From NCBI GenBank assembly GCA_020026035.1, contig JAHHRC010000001.1, positions 11,610 to 75,609 on the forward strand: a DNA stretch of 64,000 nt. The letters run 5' to 3'. The stretch comes from Erysipelotrichaceae bacterium. Lineage in GTDB: Bacteria; Bacillota_I; Bacilli_A; Erysipelotrichales; Erysipelotrichaceae. This document shows, in pieces, positions 23,252 through 32,784 of this stretch. Within the stretch, counting starts at the first letter, position 1. Every line of letters begins with the position of its first letter. Below the pieces are notes generated by a model, which did not search any database, had not been told where the DNA came from, and was given only the letters and a program-made list of their open reading frames with translations. The translations under genes and the position numbers were made by a program.

Positions 23252-26200
23252 TTATTCGTTTGTCGTTGTAATCAACAAGGTTAATTGATTATATGCAGAC
23301 GTTTGAACAATCTGATACATACGATGATCTTTCGTCGAAGACTTCACATTGAGAAGCCTTGGCCAAATCATCGGATAAAGGTCATGGTGTTCTCCAACCG
23401 TAGTTTCAACATACATACGGTATACACCATCTTCTAAACCACTCAAGTCATTGTTTTCCAAGAACTCAAGTTTTGCATGTTTTACACTATATAAAACATC
23501 GCTACGAATGTCTTTCGCATCCACTGAAGCTTCATTTGCCTTCGCTTGTAGTGTATGCAAATTACCATCCTCGTCCATCAATACGACATTGTAAGAAGGT
23601 TGATCTTCTTTAATGGTACGCTTGTTATACATGAAGGTAATCGCTTCAAGATCTAGCGAACTATCATGTAACGTTACATTCTCAGGCATGAAGAAGGACA
23701 TTCTTCTTGTTGGCTTTTTGATGGAATCAAATGGAATCTGATTCTTTTCCTTCATGAGTTCTAGACGGTAATTCGAAATCGGATTTGCAAGCAATCCAAT
23801 CGTCAATCCATCCACAACCTTTGGCTTAATTTCAAAGGTATCACGAATTGCACAAAGTGGTAATTTATCTACTAGCTCGCCATTTTTAACAACCAGGTTA
23901 AACTTGTAATTACCCTCTTCAAGTGCACTTACATCCACAACTGCATGGTAACCAATTCTTGCATAGACGTATCCATCACCTAAATCCATCGGTGTTTCAA
24001 CATTCAATGTGTCTGTTGGAATCTGGATCACGTTCTTTGAACCAAGTTGTTCTGCTTCAACTATCAGTTCAACAGAACCATCGTCAGCTTTCGCATCCTT
24101 ATTCAAGAAGCAGCCCATTCCATCTAATGTCAATGTTTGATAATCATCCGACATCGATGTATTTGTAACACTACGTATTAACATTGGCTTTTCTTCGACT
24201 GGTTTTAACGTACAACCCTTACCATATTGCCAATTTTCAAAGCCATCATTACATACAACGGTATTCTTATCCTTGTCATAATGAGCTCCATAGCCTGGTT
24301 GAATATCCTTCACCTTAAACATCGCAAAGTCAGAAACATCTTGCAAGCTATAATCTAGTCCATTCACAAAGGCATACGTGAAGCTAACGCCACTTGGAAG
24401 AATATAACTATCGTTATATTGACTATAGGAACTATATGCACATGCAATACGCATGATATATGTACCCTTAGCAATATCACTCAATGGTACATCGACAGAC
24501 CATTTCACTTCGCCATTTGAACTTACTTCATTTCTTGCGTCAAAGCTCTTTACAACTGCATAACTGCTTGTATCAAGGAGCTCTAATGTATGGCTAATTC
24601 GATTACTATCATTTACATAAATACCTGGACGATATGCCTTACCTTCTAAGTGCATTGTGCCACTATTGAAGCTAGCCGCATCAAAGGTCTTTACAAAGTC
24701 CCCGGTTGGTTGATTGGAAACTGTTACAAGTGGAGCCGCATTGAGCTTCACAACGGAAGACTTTGCAATCCATCCACGGTTATGGTTCCAATCATATTCC
24801 TTCACAGTACCAGGTCGCATATTCATCATTGGATTTAAACTAGCATCCAAGACATCGTTTGCTTGAACCTGGTAGTAATCACCAGATTCTCCAATCAATG
24901 GAAGAATATTATTCTTTTGGTAATCATGACTATAATGCGTATGAATTAACTTTTCTCCACCAGGAGATTTTAAAATATTGGTTGAACGATCATCGTGCAC
25001 CTTCCCCATTGCGACTTGGTTAAAGTCTGTTAGTTGTCCATTACGACCATTCGCAAACTTATCAATGTCATAAGCAAGTGATGCAATCTTGATTCCCCAG
25101 AATGGATCACCAGCATACTTTACATTCATACCAGAACCCTTGTTTCCAAGATGTTGACCAAAGTAACGCGAGTCATCGCTACACATAAATCCTCGTAGCA
25201 AGCCACCCATTTCATAATTCACACAATCTTGAATCGAATCAAACCATGTAGCTCGATTTGGATCTGAGTCATAGGCCGCAATTCCAAACAAGTTATTTCG
25301 TTCTCTCGCAAAATTACTTTGCCCATAATTCGATTCCAAACACCCTAAGGCAAATACCGTTAAGGCATTGACTCCATACGTTTCTTGCGCATCAATGAAC
25401 ACTTGCCCCATGCCATTCATCTTACCATTTTTATTTTTCGCAACTAAGTAGTTATCAAACGCCCAAGCTGGTAACTTCGTCTTCGATCGATTCGGTAAGA
25501 ATTGATAGTAGTTATAATACTCGCCAACTTTATTATGACGACATTCACGATCACTATAGAACGTAAATCCATCTTTCGAATAATATCTTGCACCAACTGA
25601 CATCCACGAAGCAGCTGGTCCAACGGCATGTGAATACTGATTTGCATTCACATTCGTATCACGTGCAGCAGCCCATCCCATACTCCAGCGATACACTAAG
25701 TCGGTATAATTTCCATCTTGTACCACTTCAAAGTAAGGTTGTACCGGAATGACTTTAAATGGCTCTTCATGCTTATACGCTTCTTCACCACCAAGCCACA
25801 ACGGAATTCCATTTGTGACAGCATACATTGGAATAATGTCACATTCACTTAATTCCATATAGCCCTCAAAGCCATTGATATTCGCAAGAATCTGTCCATC
25901 TCCTGTACTTGTATTGTAGGTATACGTACCTTCATACGACAATGGACGATGCACCGTTACATAGGTTTGTTTTCCCCCACGATTCAAGAATTGATACAGC
26001 CTTGCCGTATTGTTTCCACGACGTTGTGGATAAGAAAAGACCATCCCATTTGCTGCATAAATAATTTTCGTTGGAGACTTACTTGCCGCATGACGAATCA
26101 CACCAGCATCTCCTAAGCCATACATCACTGCCTTCGCCGCTTGTAAATCATTTTTACAATCCACGGTTTCAAAGCTTCCATCTGCTCTTAATTTCGCTAC

Positions 26201-26326
26201 TTCAAAGGCATTACACCCCATAGGATAGTAGCCATCATTCATTGCCTGAACAATTGTTACATCATTCAAGAGTAACACACTTGAAATGACTGTTACGATT
26301 GTTAGAAACCATTTAATTACTTTCAT
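23252..26326 (-). CDS. Secreted GH73 glucosaminidase (autolysin) with C-terminal repeats
   Basis: Signal peptide; CLESNYGQS, NNLFG and KYAGDPFW motifs. Confidence 0.85.
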   Translation of the reverse strand: MKVIKWFLTIVTVISSVLLLNDVTIVQAMNDGYYPMGCNAFEVAKLRADGSFETVDCKNDLQAAKAVMYGLGDAGVIRHAASKSPTKIIYAANGMVFSYPQRRGNNTARLYQFLNRGGKQTYVTVHRPLSYEGTYTYNTSTGDGQILANINGFEGYMELSECDIIPMYAVTNGIPLWLGGEEAYKHEEPFKVIPVQPYFEVVQDGNYTDLVYRWSMGWAAARDTNVNANQYSHAVGPAASWMSVGARYYSKDGFTFYSDRECRHNKVGEYYNYYQFLPNRSKTKLPAWAFDNYLVAKNKNGKMNGMGQVFIDAQETYGVNALTVFALGCLESNYGQSNFARERNNLFGIAAYDSDPNRATWFDSIQDCVNYEMGGLLRGFMCSDDSRYFGQHLGNKGSGMNVKYAGDPFWGIKIASLAYDIDKFANGRNGQLTDFNQVAMGKVHDDRSTNILKSPGGEKLIHTHYSHDYQKNNILPLIGESGDYYQVQANDVLDASLNPMMNMRPGTVKEYDWNHNRGWIAKSSVVKLNAAPLVTVSNQPTGDFVKTFDAASFNSGTMHLEGKAYRPGIYVNDSNRISHTLELLDTSSYAVVKSFDARNEVSSNGEVKWSVDVPLSDIAKGTYIMRIACAYSSYSQYNDSYILPSGVSFTYAFVNGLDYSLQDVSDFAMFKVKDIQPGYGAHYDKDKNTVVCNDGFENWQYGKGCTLKPVEEKPMLIRSVTNTSMSDDYQTLTLDGMGCFLNKDAKADDGSVELIVEAEQLGSKNVIQIPTDTLNVETPMDLGDGYVYARIGYHAVVDVSALEEGNYKFNLVVKNGELVDKLPLCAIRDTFEIKPKVVDGLTIGLLANPISNYRLELMKEKNQIPFDSIKKPTRRMSFFMPENVTLHDSSLDLEAITFMYNKRTIKEDQPSYNVVLMDEDGNLHTLQAKANEASVDAKDIRSDVLYSVKHAKLEFLENNDLSGLEDGVYRMYVETTVGEHHDLYPMIWPRLLNVKSSTKDHRMYQIVQTSAYNQLTLLITTTNE

Positions 26327-26337
26327 GTATTACTCCT

Positions 26338-27363
26338 TTAGTTTAAATTCACCGTGACTTCAACCGGTGTATCTTGTCCTTTTAGTTTTAGCTTCAATAT
26401 CCCATTGTAGGTAATTGGAGCTTCATCGGGATTAAAGGCATAGAAGAACAAATAGCCTTGGTCTTTCTCTTTGATGGATTTGTTCAAAATGTTCGAATCC
26501 TTCAAGGAATGCACATCCGATGCCATTGCGTCAAAGACTTCATTGATTCCATTTGGAACATACTGAGCCGATTCAATGACCACTTCATCACCAAATAACG
26601 ATACCGCTTGAATTTCAAATTCATATACCTTCGTTGTACTTGGTAAATAGTATGGCTCTTCTTCCCCATTCACCGTTGTATAAAGCATTTCACCTGTAAT
26701 ATCAAACGCTTTTGAGACAACCATCTCATACGACTTCCCATCGGTAATCACATCCTGTGCCTCATACGTAAGCATCTTCTTTTCGCCCTTTACAGTGGAT
26801 AAATCAAAGACCATTTCACTTACGCCATCTAAGTCACTTGTAACACGAATAGAACTTGCGCCTTTTCCCTTTAAAGGAATAAAGATATTTGCATCATACG
26901 ACAAATCATTGTTTACAAGTGAGAACCACACATTCTGTCTTCCTAAGAAATAAGAATGCTCTTCAAGTTGTTTGACATAGTCACTCGTATTAGAAAGAAC
27001 GATGCCTTCACTTGTTGTAAAATGACTCAACGAAATATTCGTTGGTTGACTTGCTTGTAAATGCAATTTTGCAATCACAAACGCAAACGGAATATCGTCA
27101 AAATCATATACCGTATAGTCTACAAGACTGATCTTTGTATCTTCTAGCTTCTTTGTCTCAACTGGTTTTTCCTGGTTTCCTTTTTCAACGATTGTTGTCT
27201 TCGGATTTAAGTCACCACTTGTTAACTTCTTTCCTTCATGGGGATTGGCAAAGTATAACTGATACCCTACAAATCCAACAATTAAGATCACTAATATTAC
27301 AAGAATCCAAATCAACCGTTTCGTTGATTGTTTATATTCATCCTTTGGCTGTTTCGTTTGCAT
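26338..27363 (-). CDS. Hypothetical bitopic membrane protein
   Basis: Single N-terminal TM, beta-rich ectodomain; 11 nt from the GH73 gene; promoter TGCTATAAT upstream. Confidence 0.8.
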   Translation of the reverse strand: MQTKQPKDEYKQSTKRLIWILVILVILIVGFVGYQLYFANPHEGKKLTSGDLNPKTTIVEKGNQEKPVETKKLEDTKISLVDYTVYDFDDIPFAFVIAKLHLQASQPTNISLSHFTTSEGIVLSNTSDYVKQLEEHSYFLGRQNVWFSLVNNDLSYDANIFIPLKGKGASSIRVTSDLDGVSEMVFDLSTVKGEKKMLTYEAQDVITDGKSYEMVVSKAFDITGEMLYTTVNGEEEPYYLPSTTKVYEFEIQAVSLFGDEVVIESAQYVPNGINEVFDAMASDVHSLKDSNILNKSIKEKDQGYLFFYAFNPDEAPITYNGILKLKLKGQDTPVEVTVNLN

Positions 27364-27460
27364 AAACTTTCACCTCTTGTTTCAATTATAGCATACAATT
27401 TACAATCCAAAATGACAGAAAACCAAATAAAAAAGCGTCTTTGACGCTCTTTTATACGAA

Positions 27461-28474
27461 TTATTCAATTCCGTTTGGATTCTTTACTGTAAAGTTCCAG
27501 GAATGTTCACACATTTCATCAATTCCGTACTCTGCTTCCCAACCAAGCATTTCCTTCGCCTTCTTAGTGTCTGCATAACATGTCGCAATATCCCCAGGAC
27601 GACGTTCCATAATCTTGTATGGCAATTCTTTTCCACAAGCCTTTTCAAACGCATGAAGTACTTGTAATACAGAATATCCATTTCCTGTACCAAGGTTTAC
27701 ATAGTCAGCACCCTTGTGACCTAATGCATATTCAACAGCCTTGATATGACCCTTAGCAAGGTCTACAACGTGGATGTAGTCACGAACACCAGTACCATCG
27801 ACTGTATCGTAATCATCTCCCCATACACGTAGGAATTCAAGTGTACCATTGGCAACACGAGCAATGTAAGGAACTAGGTTGTTTGGAATTCCATTTGGAA
27901 CTTCCCCTAGTAGTCCACATGGATGTGCTCCAATTGGGTTGAAGTAACGAAGTAGTAATACAGACCATTCAGGATCTGCAGCACATACATCGGCAAGAAT
28001 TTGTTCGTTCATCAACTTCGTTGTTCCATATGGGTTTGTTGTATGTGTTTCAAAGTCTTCACGAATTGGAACAGACTTTGGTGCACCATATACGGTAGCT
28101 GAGCTTGAGAATACCAATGTCTTCACATTTGCGTCCTTCATCGCTTCATACAAATTGATACTACCAGCAATGTTGTTTGTGTAATAAAGAAGTGGCTTTT
28201 CGCAAGATTCACCAACTGCCTTATATCCTGCAAAGTGGATTACAGCATCAATCTTGTTTTCGGCAAACACTTGATCCAATCCCTTACGATCTAAGATATC
28301 AACTTCATAAAACTTTGGCTTAACACCCGTAATCTCCTTGATACGGTCCAATGAATGAATGTTTGAATTGTAAAGATTGTCAATCACAACCACTTCATGA
28401 CCAGCTTCAATCAATTCAACGCATGTATGAGAACCAATATAACCAGTTCCCCCTGTGACTAAAATAGTAGACAT
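27461..28474 (-). CDS. galE: UDP-glucose 4-epimerase
   Basis: VTGGTGYIGSH, SSSATVYG, YGTTK and RYFNPIGAH motifs; start at ATG 28474. Confidence 0.97.
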   Translation of the reverse strand: MSTILVTGGTGYIGSHTCVELIEAGHEVVVIDNLYNSNIHSLDRIKEITGVKPKFYEVDILDRKGLDQVFAENKIDAVIHFAGYKAVGESCEKPLLYYTNNIAGSINLYEAMKDANVKTLVFSSSATVYGAPKSVPIREDFETHTTNPYGTTKLMNEQILADVCAADPEWSVLLLRYFNPIGAHPCGLLGEVPNGIPNNLVPYIARVANGTLEFLRVWGDDYDTVDGTGVRDYIHVVDLAKGHIKAVEYALGHKGADYVNLGTGNGYSVLQVLHAFEKACGKELPYKIMERRPGDIATCYADTKKAKEMLGWEAEYGIDEMCEHSWNFTVKNPNGIE

Positions 28475-28488
28475 ATATATCCTCCCTG

Positions 28489-29553
28489 TTATTTCACCAA
28501 CAACTTTGATACATCGTTCCAGGTGACTTTCAGCATTAATAATAGCATAAGACCCCAGCAAGCGTAAATAATTCCATTACGTACCTTTTGATTTAAAGGC
28601 TTACCAGCAATCCATTCACCAAGTGTCACAACCACTTGCCCACCATCTAAAATCGGTAAAGGAATCAAGTTAAAGATACCAATATTTAATGACAATTGAG
28701 CAATTAGGAACAAGTAGGACACAAACCCATAATCCACTGACTTCTTTGTGACACCATAAATCGCAATAGGACCACCCAACTCTTCTAAGCCTTGTCCTTT
28801 AAACATATCGGTAATCACACTCACCATCGCCGTTGCATACATGCCCATATCTTGCATACCATACTTCCAGCAATTTAAAAGTGTAACCTTCGTTTCTTTT
28901 GGCGATTCTGCTGTAATTCCAATGATTGGAACTTCTAGTTCTTCATCAATCTTTGGTGTTACTTCAATCGTAACAAGTTTCCCATCACGACTTACTTCCA
29001 TTTCCAATGGATGTTTCCCATATTGCATGACAAACATCTGTAAATCACGATACTTCTTTACTTTCTTTGTAGCACCTGTCGTACTTGTAATATGCGTAAT
29101 CAAATCTCCTTCTTGAAGCCCTGCTTCACTTGCTGGAAGATTTGGAACGACTTCTTTTACAATCGCACGACTCGATTCAAAGTGCACCCCTTGATTTAAA
29201 CTAATCACCGAGAATAACACCCATGCCAATACAAAGTTCATAAACACACCAGCAAGCATAATGATGATCCGCTTCCATGGTGCAATGTTTGGAAGTCGAC
29301 GATGTTTAGGAACTTCTACATCTGGATATGCCCCATCGCCTTCCACTTCACCAGCCATCGCCACAAATCCACCCATAGGAATTGCCCGAATGCTGTATTG
29401 GGTTTCTTTGGTCTGTTTCTTCCAAATAACAGGTCCCATCCCAAAGGAATATTCATAACAATACACATTAAACTTCTTCGCAGCCCATAAATGCCCTGCT
29501 TCGTGAATACAAATAATTACCGTTAATAAGAGTAAAAAATAAATAATCGTCAT
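28489..29553 (-). CDS. rseP: RIP metalloprotease RseP
   Basis: HEAGH, PDZ domain, NLIPLPILDGG. Confidence 0.95.
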   Translation of the reverse strand: MTIIYFLLLLTVIICIHEAGHLWAAKKFNVYCYEYSFGMGPVIWKKQTKETQYSIRAIPMGGFVAMAGEVEGDGAYPDVEVPKHRRLPNIAPWKRIIIMLAGVFMNFVLAWVLFSVISLNQGVHFESSRAIVKEVVPNLPASEAGLQEGDLITHITSTTGATKKVKKYRDLQMFVMQYGKHPLEMEVSRDGKLVTIEVTPKIDEELEVPIIGITAESPKETKVTLLNCWKYGMQDMGMYATAMVSVITDMFKGQGLEELGGPIAIYGVTKKSVDYGFVSYLFLIAQLSLNIGIFNLIPLPILDGGQVVVTLGEWIAGKPLNQKVRNGIIYACWGLMLLLMLKVTWNDVSKLLVK

Positions 29554-30707
29554 TTTGACACCTCTTCTACAAATTTCGTTGCCATTTCTTTCCCAAACGC
29601 ATTTGCTGCAATCAAATCATCTACGGTATTTACATCGTTAAACGTACAAGCATCTACCGTTTGAATGACTACATCTTCAATTGCTAAGAAAGGAATTTTA
29701 CCTTCACGGAATGCAAGATTTGCGACTTCATTTGCCGCATTCATTACCGCTGGTAGATTTCCACCCTTCTTACCAACTTCATAAGCAAGCTTTAATAGTG
29801 GATAGCGTTCATAGTTTGGTGCTTCAAAATGCATCAATGCAATATCCGCTAAGTTAAATGGCTTTTCTTCTTGTAAGGACAAGCGATTTGGCCAACTCAA
29901 TGCATATTGAATCGGTAAACGCATATCTGGATTTCCAAGTTGCGCCATAATCGAATGGTCAATGTATTCCACCATCGAATGTACAACCGACTCCTTATGC
30001 ATAATGACATCAATCTTGTCATATGGTAAGTCAAACAACCAATGCGCTTCCATCACTTCAAAGCCCTTGTTCATCATCGTTGCAGAATCTATTGTAATCT
30101 TCGCACCCATTGCCCAGTTTGGATGTGCTAAGGCTTGTTCTACCGTAACATTTTCTAATGCATCACGACTCAAATCACGGAAACTTCCACCACTTGCCGT
30201 AACAATCAAACGTTCTACATCTTGTATACGATTTCCTTGAAGACATTGGAAAATCGCTGAATGTTCCGAATCAATCGGATACAACGACACACCATTTTCC
30301 TTTAATGCACGATCAATCAAAGCCCCACCAACAACCAAAGTCTCTTTGTTTGCTAAGGCAATGTCATGTTTGCATTCAATCGCCTTTAAGGTAGGCATAA
30401 AGCCAACAAACCCAACAAGGGCATTGACTAGTACATCATAGTCTTCATACTTCGCTAGTTGTACTAATCCTTCATCTCCTGAATATACCGTAAGGTTTGG
30501 ATATTCCTTGCGTAAAACAATGGCATCCTCTTCTTTTTCAACAGCAATCGTATCTACCGAAATAAGCTCTAAGATTTCTCTTGCCTTTTGTATATTACGC
30601 CCGACACCAAAGGCGACAATTTCAAACAAATCTTTATGTTGCAAGACAACATCAATGGTTTGCATACCTATTGATCCACTCGCTCCAAGTAATACAATAC
30701 GTTTCAT
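29550..30707 (-). CDS. dxr: 1-deoxy-D-xylulose-5-phosphate reductoisomerase
   Basis: GASGSIG, LANKE, PIDSEH and MMNKGFE motifs. Confidence 0.98.
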   Translation of the reverse strand: MKRIVLLGASGSIGMQTIDVVLQHKDLFEIVAFGVGRNIQKAREILELISVDTIAVEKEEDAIVLRKEYPNLTVYSGDEGLVQLAKYEDYDVLVNALVGFVGFMPTLKAIECKHDIALANKETLVVGGALIDRALKENGVSLYPIDSEHSAIFQCLQGNRIQDVERLIVTASGGSFRDLSRDALENVTVEQALAHPNWAMGAKITIDSATMMNKGFEVMEAHWLFDLPYDKIDVIMHKESVVHSMVEYIDHSIMAQLGNPDMRLPIQYALSWPNRLSLQEEKPFNLADIALMHFEAPNYERYPLLKLAYEVGKKGGNLPAVMNAANEVANLAFREGKIPFLAIEDVVIQTVDACTFNDVNTVDDLIAANAFGKEMATKFVEEVSK

Positions 30708-30771
30708 AACATACTTCCTTTTCTAGTGTTGATTCTAACAAAAAACGCTCTTAATAGAAAGAGCGCACATT

Positions 30772-31554
30772 TTATCCCAACAGTAACATCAACCCATTAA
30801 ACAACATCAAGCAGAACACCAAAGAATCAATGCGATCTAGCACTCCACCGTGTTCTGGCAAAAGATTCCCAAAGTCTTTTAGGTTGAAATGACGCTTAAT
30901 CGAAGAAAATGCCAAATCCCCAATCTCAGCCATTGCCGGTAATGCAATACTTGCTGTATACACAAGGTTTAAAGGCATCGTAGGACAATACTTCATAGCA
31001 ATAAGCAAGGAGAATACAACCCCACAGAAATAGCCACCAATCGCACCTTCCCAAGTCTTATTTGGCGAAATACGTGGACTCAACTTATGCTTTCCAAAGG
31101 CCATCCCAAAGAAATACGCCCCAGAATCACAAGTATAACAAGCAATCGCTACATACAACATGCCAAAGCCTCCATAGCCATTTTCATAGATATGGAATAC
31201 CCCTAACCAAGCAAGAGCTAACATCGTCGCAATTAAATAGGAATATGCGACTTGATCTAAGCGAAACTCTTCAATGCTAACTTCAAGCACAAATAACACA
31301 ATCAAAAATACCGCAGCTACAAAGGTAAACAAACTAATCGGTACATGCGCCATCGCTTCAATTGCAACAAACAACATTACAACAAACACATACGACACTT
31401 TCTTTGCGTTTAGCTTGGCAATTTCATACGACGCAATCGCTGTAGCTAAGGCGATAAACACTTCAATATATACACCACCTAAAATAAATGGTGGAATGAC
31501 CAACAAGGCAAGAACAACACCTGTTATGGTCTTAGTCATCATCTTTTTACTCAT
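30772..31554 (-). CDS. cdsA: Phosphatidate cytidylyltransferase
   Basis: SPNKTWEG, KDFG and HGGVLDRIDS motifs. Confidence 0.96.
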   Translation of the reverse strand: MSKKMMTKTITGVVLALLVIPPFILGGVYIEVFIALATAIASYEIAKLNAKKVSYVFVVMLFVAIEAMAHVPISLFTFVAAVFLIVLFVLEVSIEEFRLDQVAYSYLIATMLALAWLGVFHIYENGYGGFGMLYVAIACYTCDSGAYFFGMAFGKHKLSPRISPNKTWEGAIGGYFCGVVFSLLIAMKYCPTMPLNLVYTASIALPAMAEIGDLAFSSIKRHFNLKDFGNLLPEHGGVLDRIDSLVFCLMLFNGLMLLLG

Positions 31555-32251
31555 CTTTCACACCCCCAAAACGACGATCGCGTTTGGTATACTCTTCCAA
31601 ACAACGCTTTAATACATCTTCGGTAAACTCTGGCCAACTTTCCTGTACAAAGATTAACTCCGCATAGGCAATTTGCCACAACAAATAATTCGAAATTCGT
31701 TGTTCCCCAGAGGTACGAATCATTAAATCTACCGGTGGAAAGTCTTTCGTATATAAATACGACGCAAACCCATCTTCATCAATGCCAAGTGTTGCCTTAC
31801 CTTCTAACACATCACTTGCATAGTGATTCACAGCTTGCACGATTTCTCTTTGTGATCCATAATTCATCGCAATGTTTAACGACAATCCCGTATTGTCTTT
31901 TGAAAGCTCTTCTGCCTCTAATAAGACTTTCTTCGTATTTTTTGGAAGTTCATCCAAATCACCAATCATACGAATACGGAACCCACGGTCAATGAATTCC
32001 TGCATATACTTTTTAAAGAAGTAAGAAGGAAGCTTCATTAGATACTCCACTTCATCTTGACTTCGTTTCCAATTCTCTGTTGAGAATGCATAAATCGTTA
32101 AATATTCAATGCCCATTTCATTTGCGGCGATTGCAATGGTACGAACATTATCCGCCCCAACAAGATGCCCGGCGGTACGTTTCTTTCCCTGCGCTTTTGC
32201 CCAGCGACCATTGCCATCCATAATAATGGCCAAGTGTTTACACTGTTTCAT
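31547..32251 (-). CDS. uppS: Undecaprenyl diphosphate synthase
   Basis: IMDGNGRWA, FSTENWKR and RTSGEQRISNY motifs; promoter TGCTATAAT at 32282-32290. Confidence 0.97.
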   Translation of the reverse strand: MKQCKHLAIIMDGNGRWAKAQGKKRTAGHLVGADNVRTIAIAANEMGIEYLTIYAFSTENWKRSQDEVEYLMKLPSYFFKKYMQEFIDRGFRIRMIGDLDELPKNTKKVLLEAEELSKDNTGLSLNIAMNYGSQREIVQAVNHYASDVLEGKATLGIDEDGFASYLYTKDFPPVDLMIRTSGEQRISNYLLWQIAYAELIFVQESWPEFTEDVLKRCLEEYTKRDRRFGGVKDE

Positions 32252-32403
32252 AATTACCTCTTTTTTTACTCATACTGTACCATTATAGCATTATTTAGAC
32301 ACATTCTTTCACAAAGACAAGAAATCCTTACAAAACAAAGCATCCTACTTGAATCCTCACCCCATTGACTTATAATGAAGACAAGAAATAGGAGGACTTG
32401 AAG

Positions 32404-32559
32404 ATGGATAAGTATCAATGCCCATGTGGTTATATCTACGACGAAGAACTAGGAGATGAAGAAAACGGAATTGCTCCTGGTACACGTTTCGAAGATTTAC
32501 CAGACGATTGGATGTGCCCAGTATGTGGTGCTCCAAAAGACGTATTCTATAAGATCTAA
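32404..32559 (+). CDS. Rubredoxin (51 aa; below ORF-track cutoff)
   Basis: [59 protein letters not shown]; promoter TTGAAT-16-TATAAT (32349-32376); terminator at about 32566-32593. Confidence 0.95.
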   Translation: MDKYQCPCGYIYDEELGDEENGIAPGTRFEDLPDDWMCPVCGAPKDVFYKI

Positions 32560-32753
32560 TCTTAGAAAGTTGTGCTGCTTGTACAACTTTTTTACGTTTC
32601 AACCTGACAATATCTAAAACAAAAAAATGTTTGCAAACCTTTATAATCGGCTTGCAAACGCATTCTATGAACATCTTTATAGTAGCAAACGCATCCTCTT
32701 CTTACAATAGCTCCGGTCGAAGATAGAAGCATTTTTTTCACCAAATCCACTTA

Positions 32754-32780
32754 AAAAGAGTAGCCAAGCGGCTACTCTTT
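32754..32780 (-). terminator. opp operon terminator
   Basis: GAGTAGCC-N4-GGCTACTC stem with U tract on the minus strand. Confidence 0.75.
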
Positions 32781-32784
32781 CATC

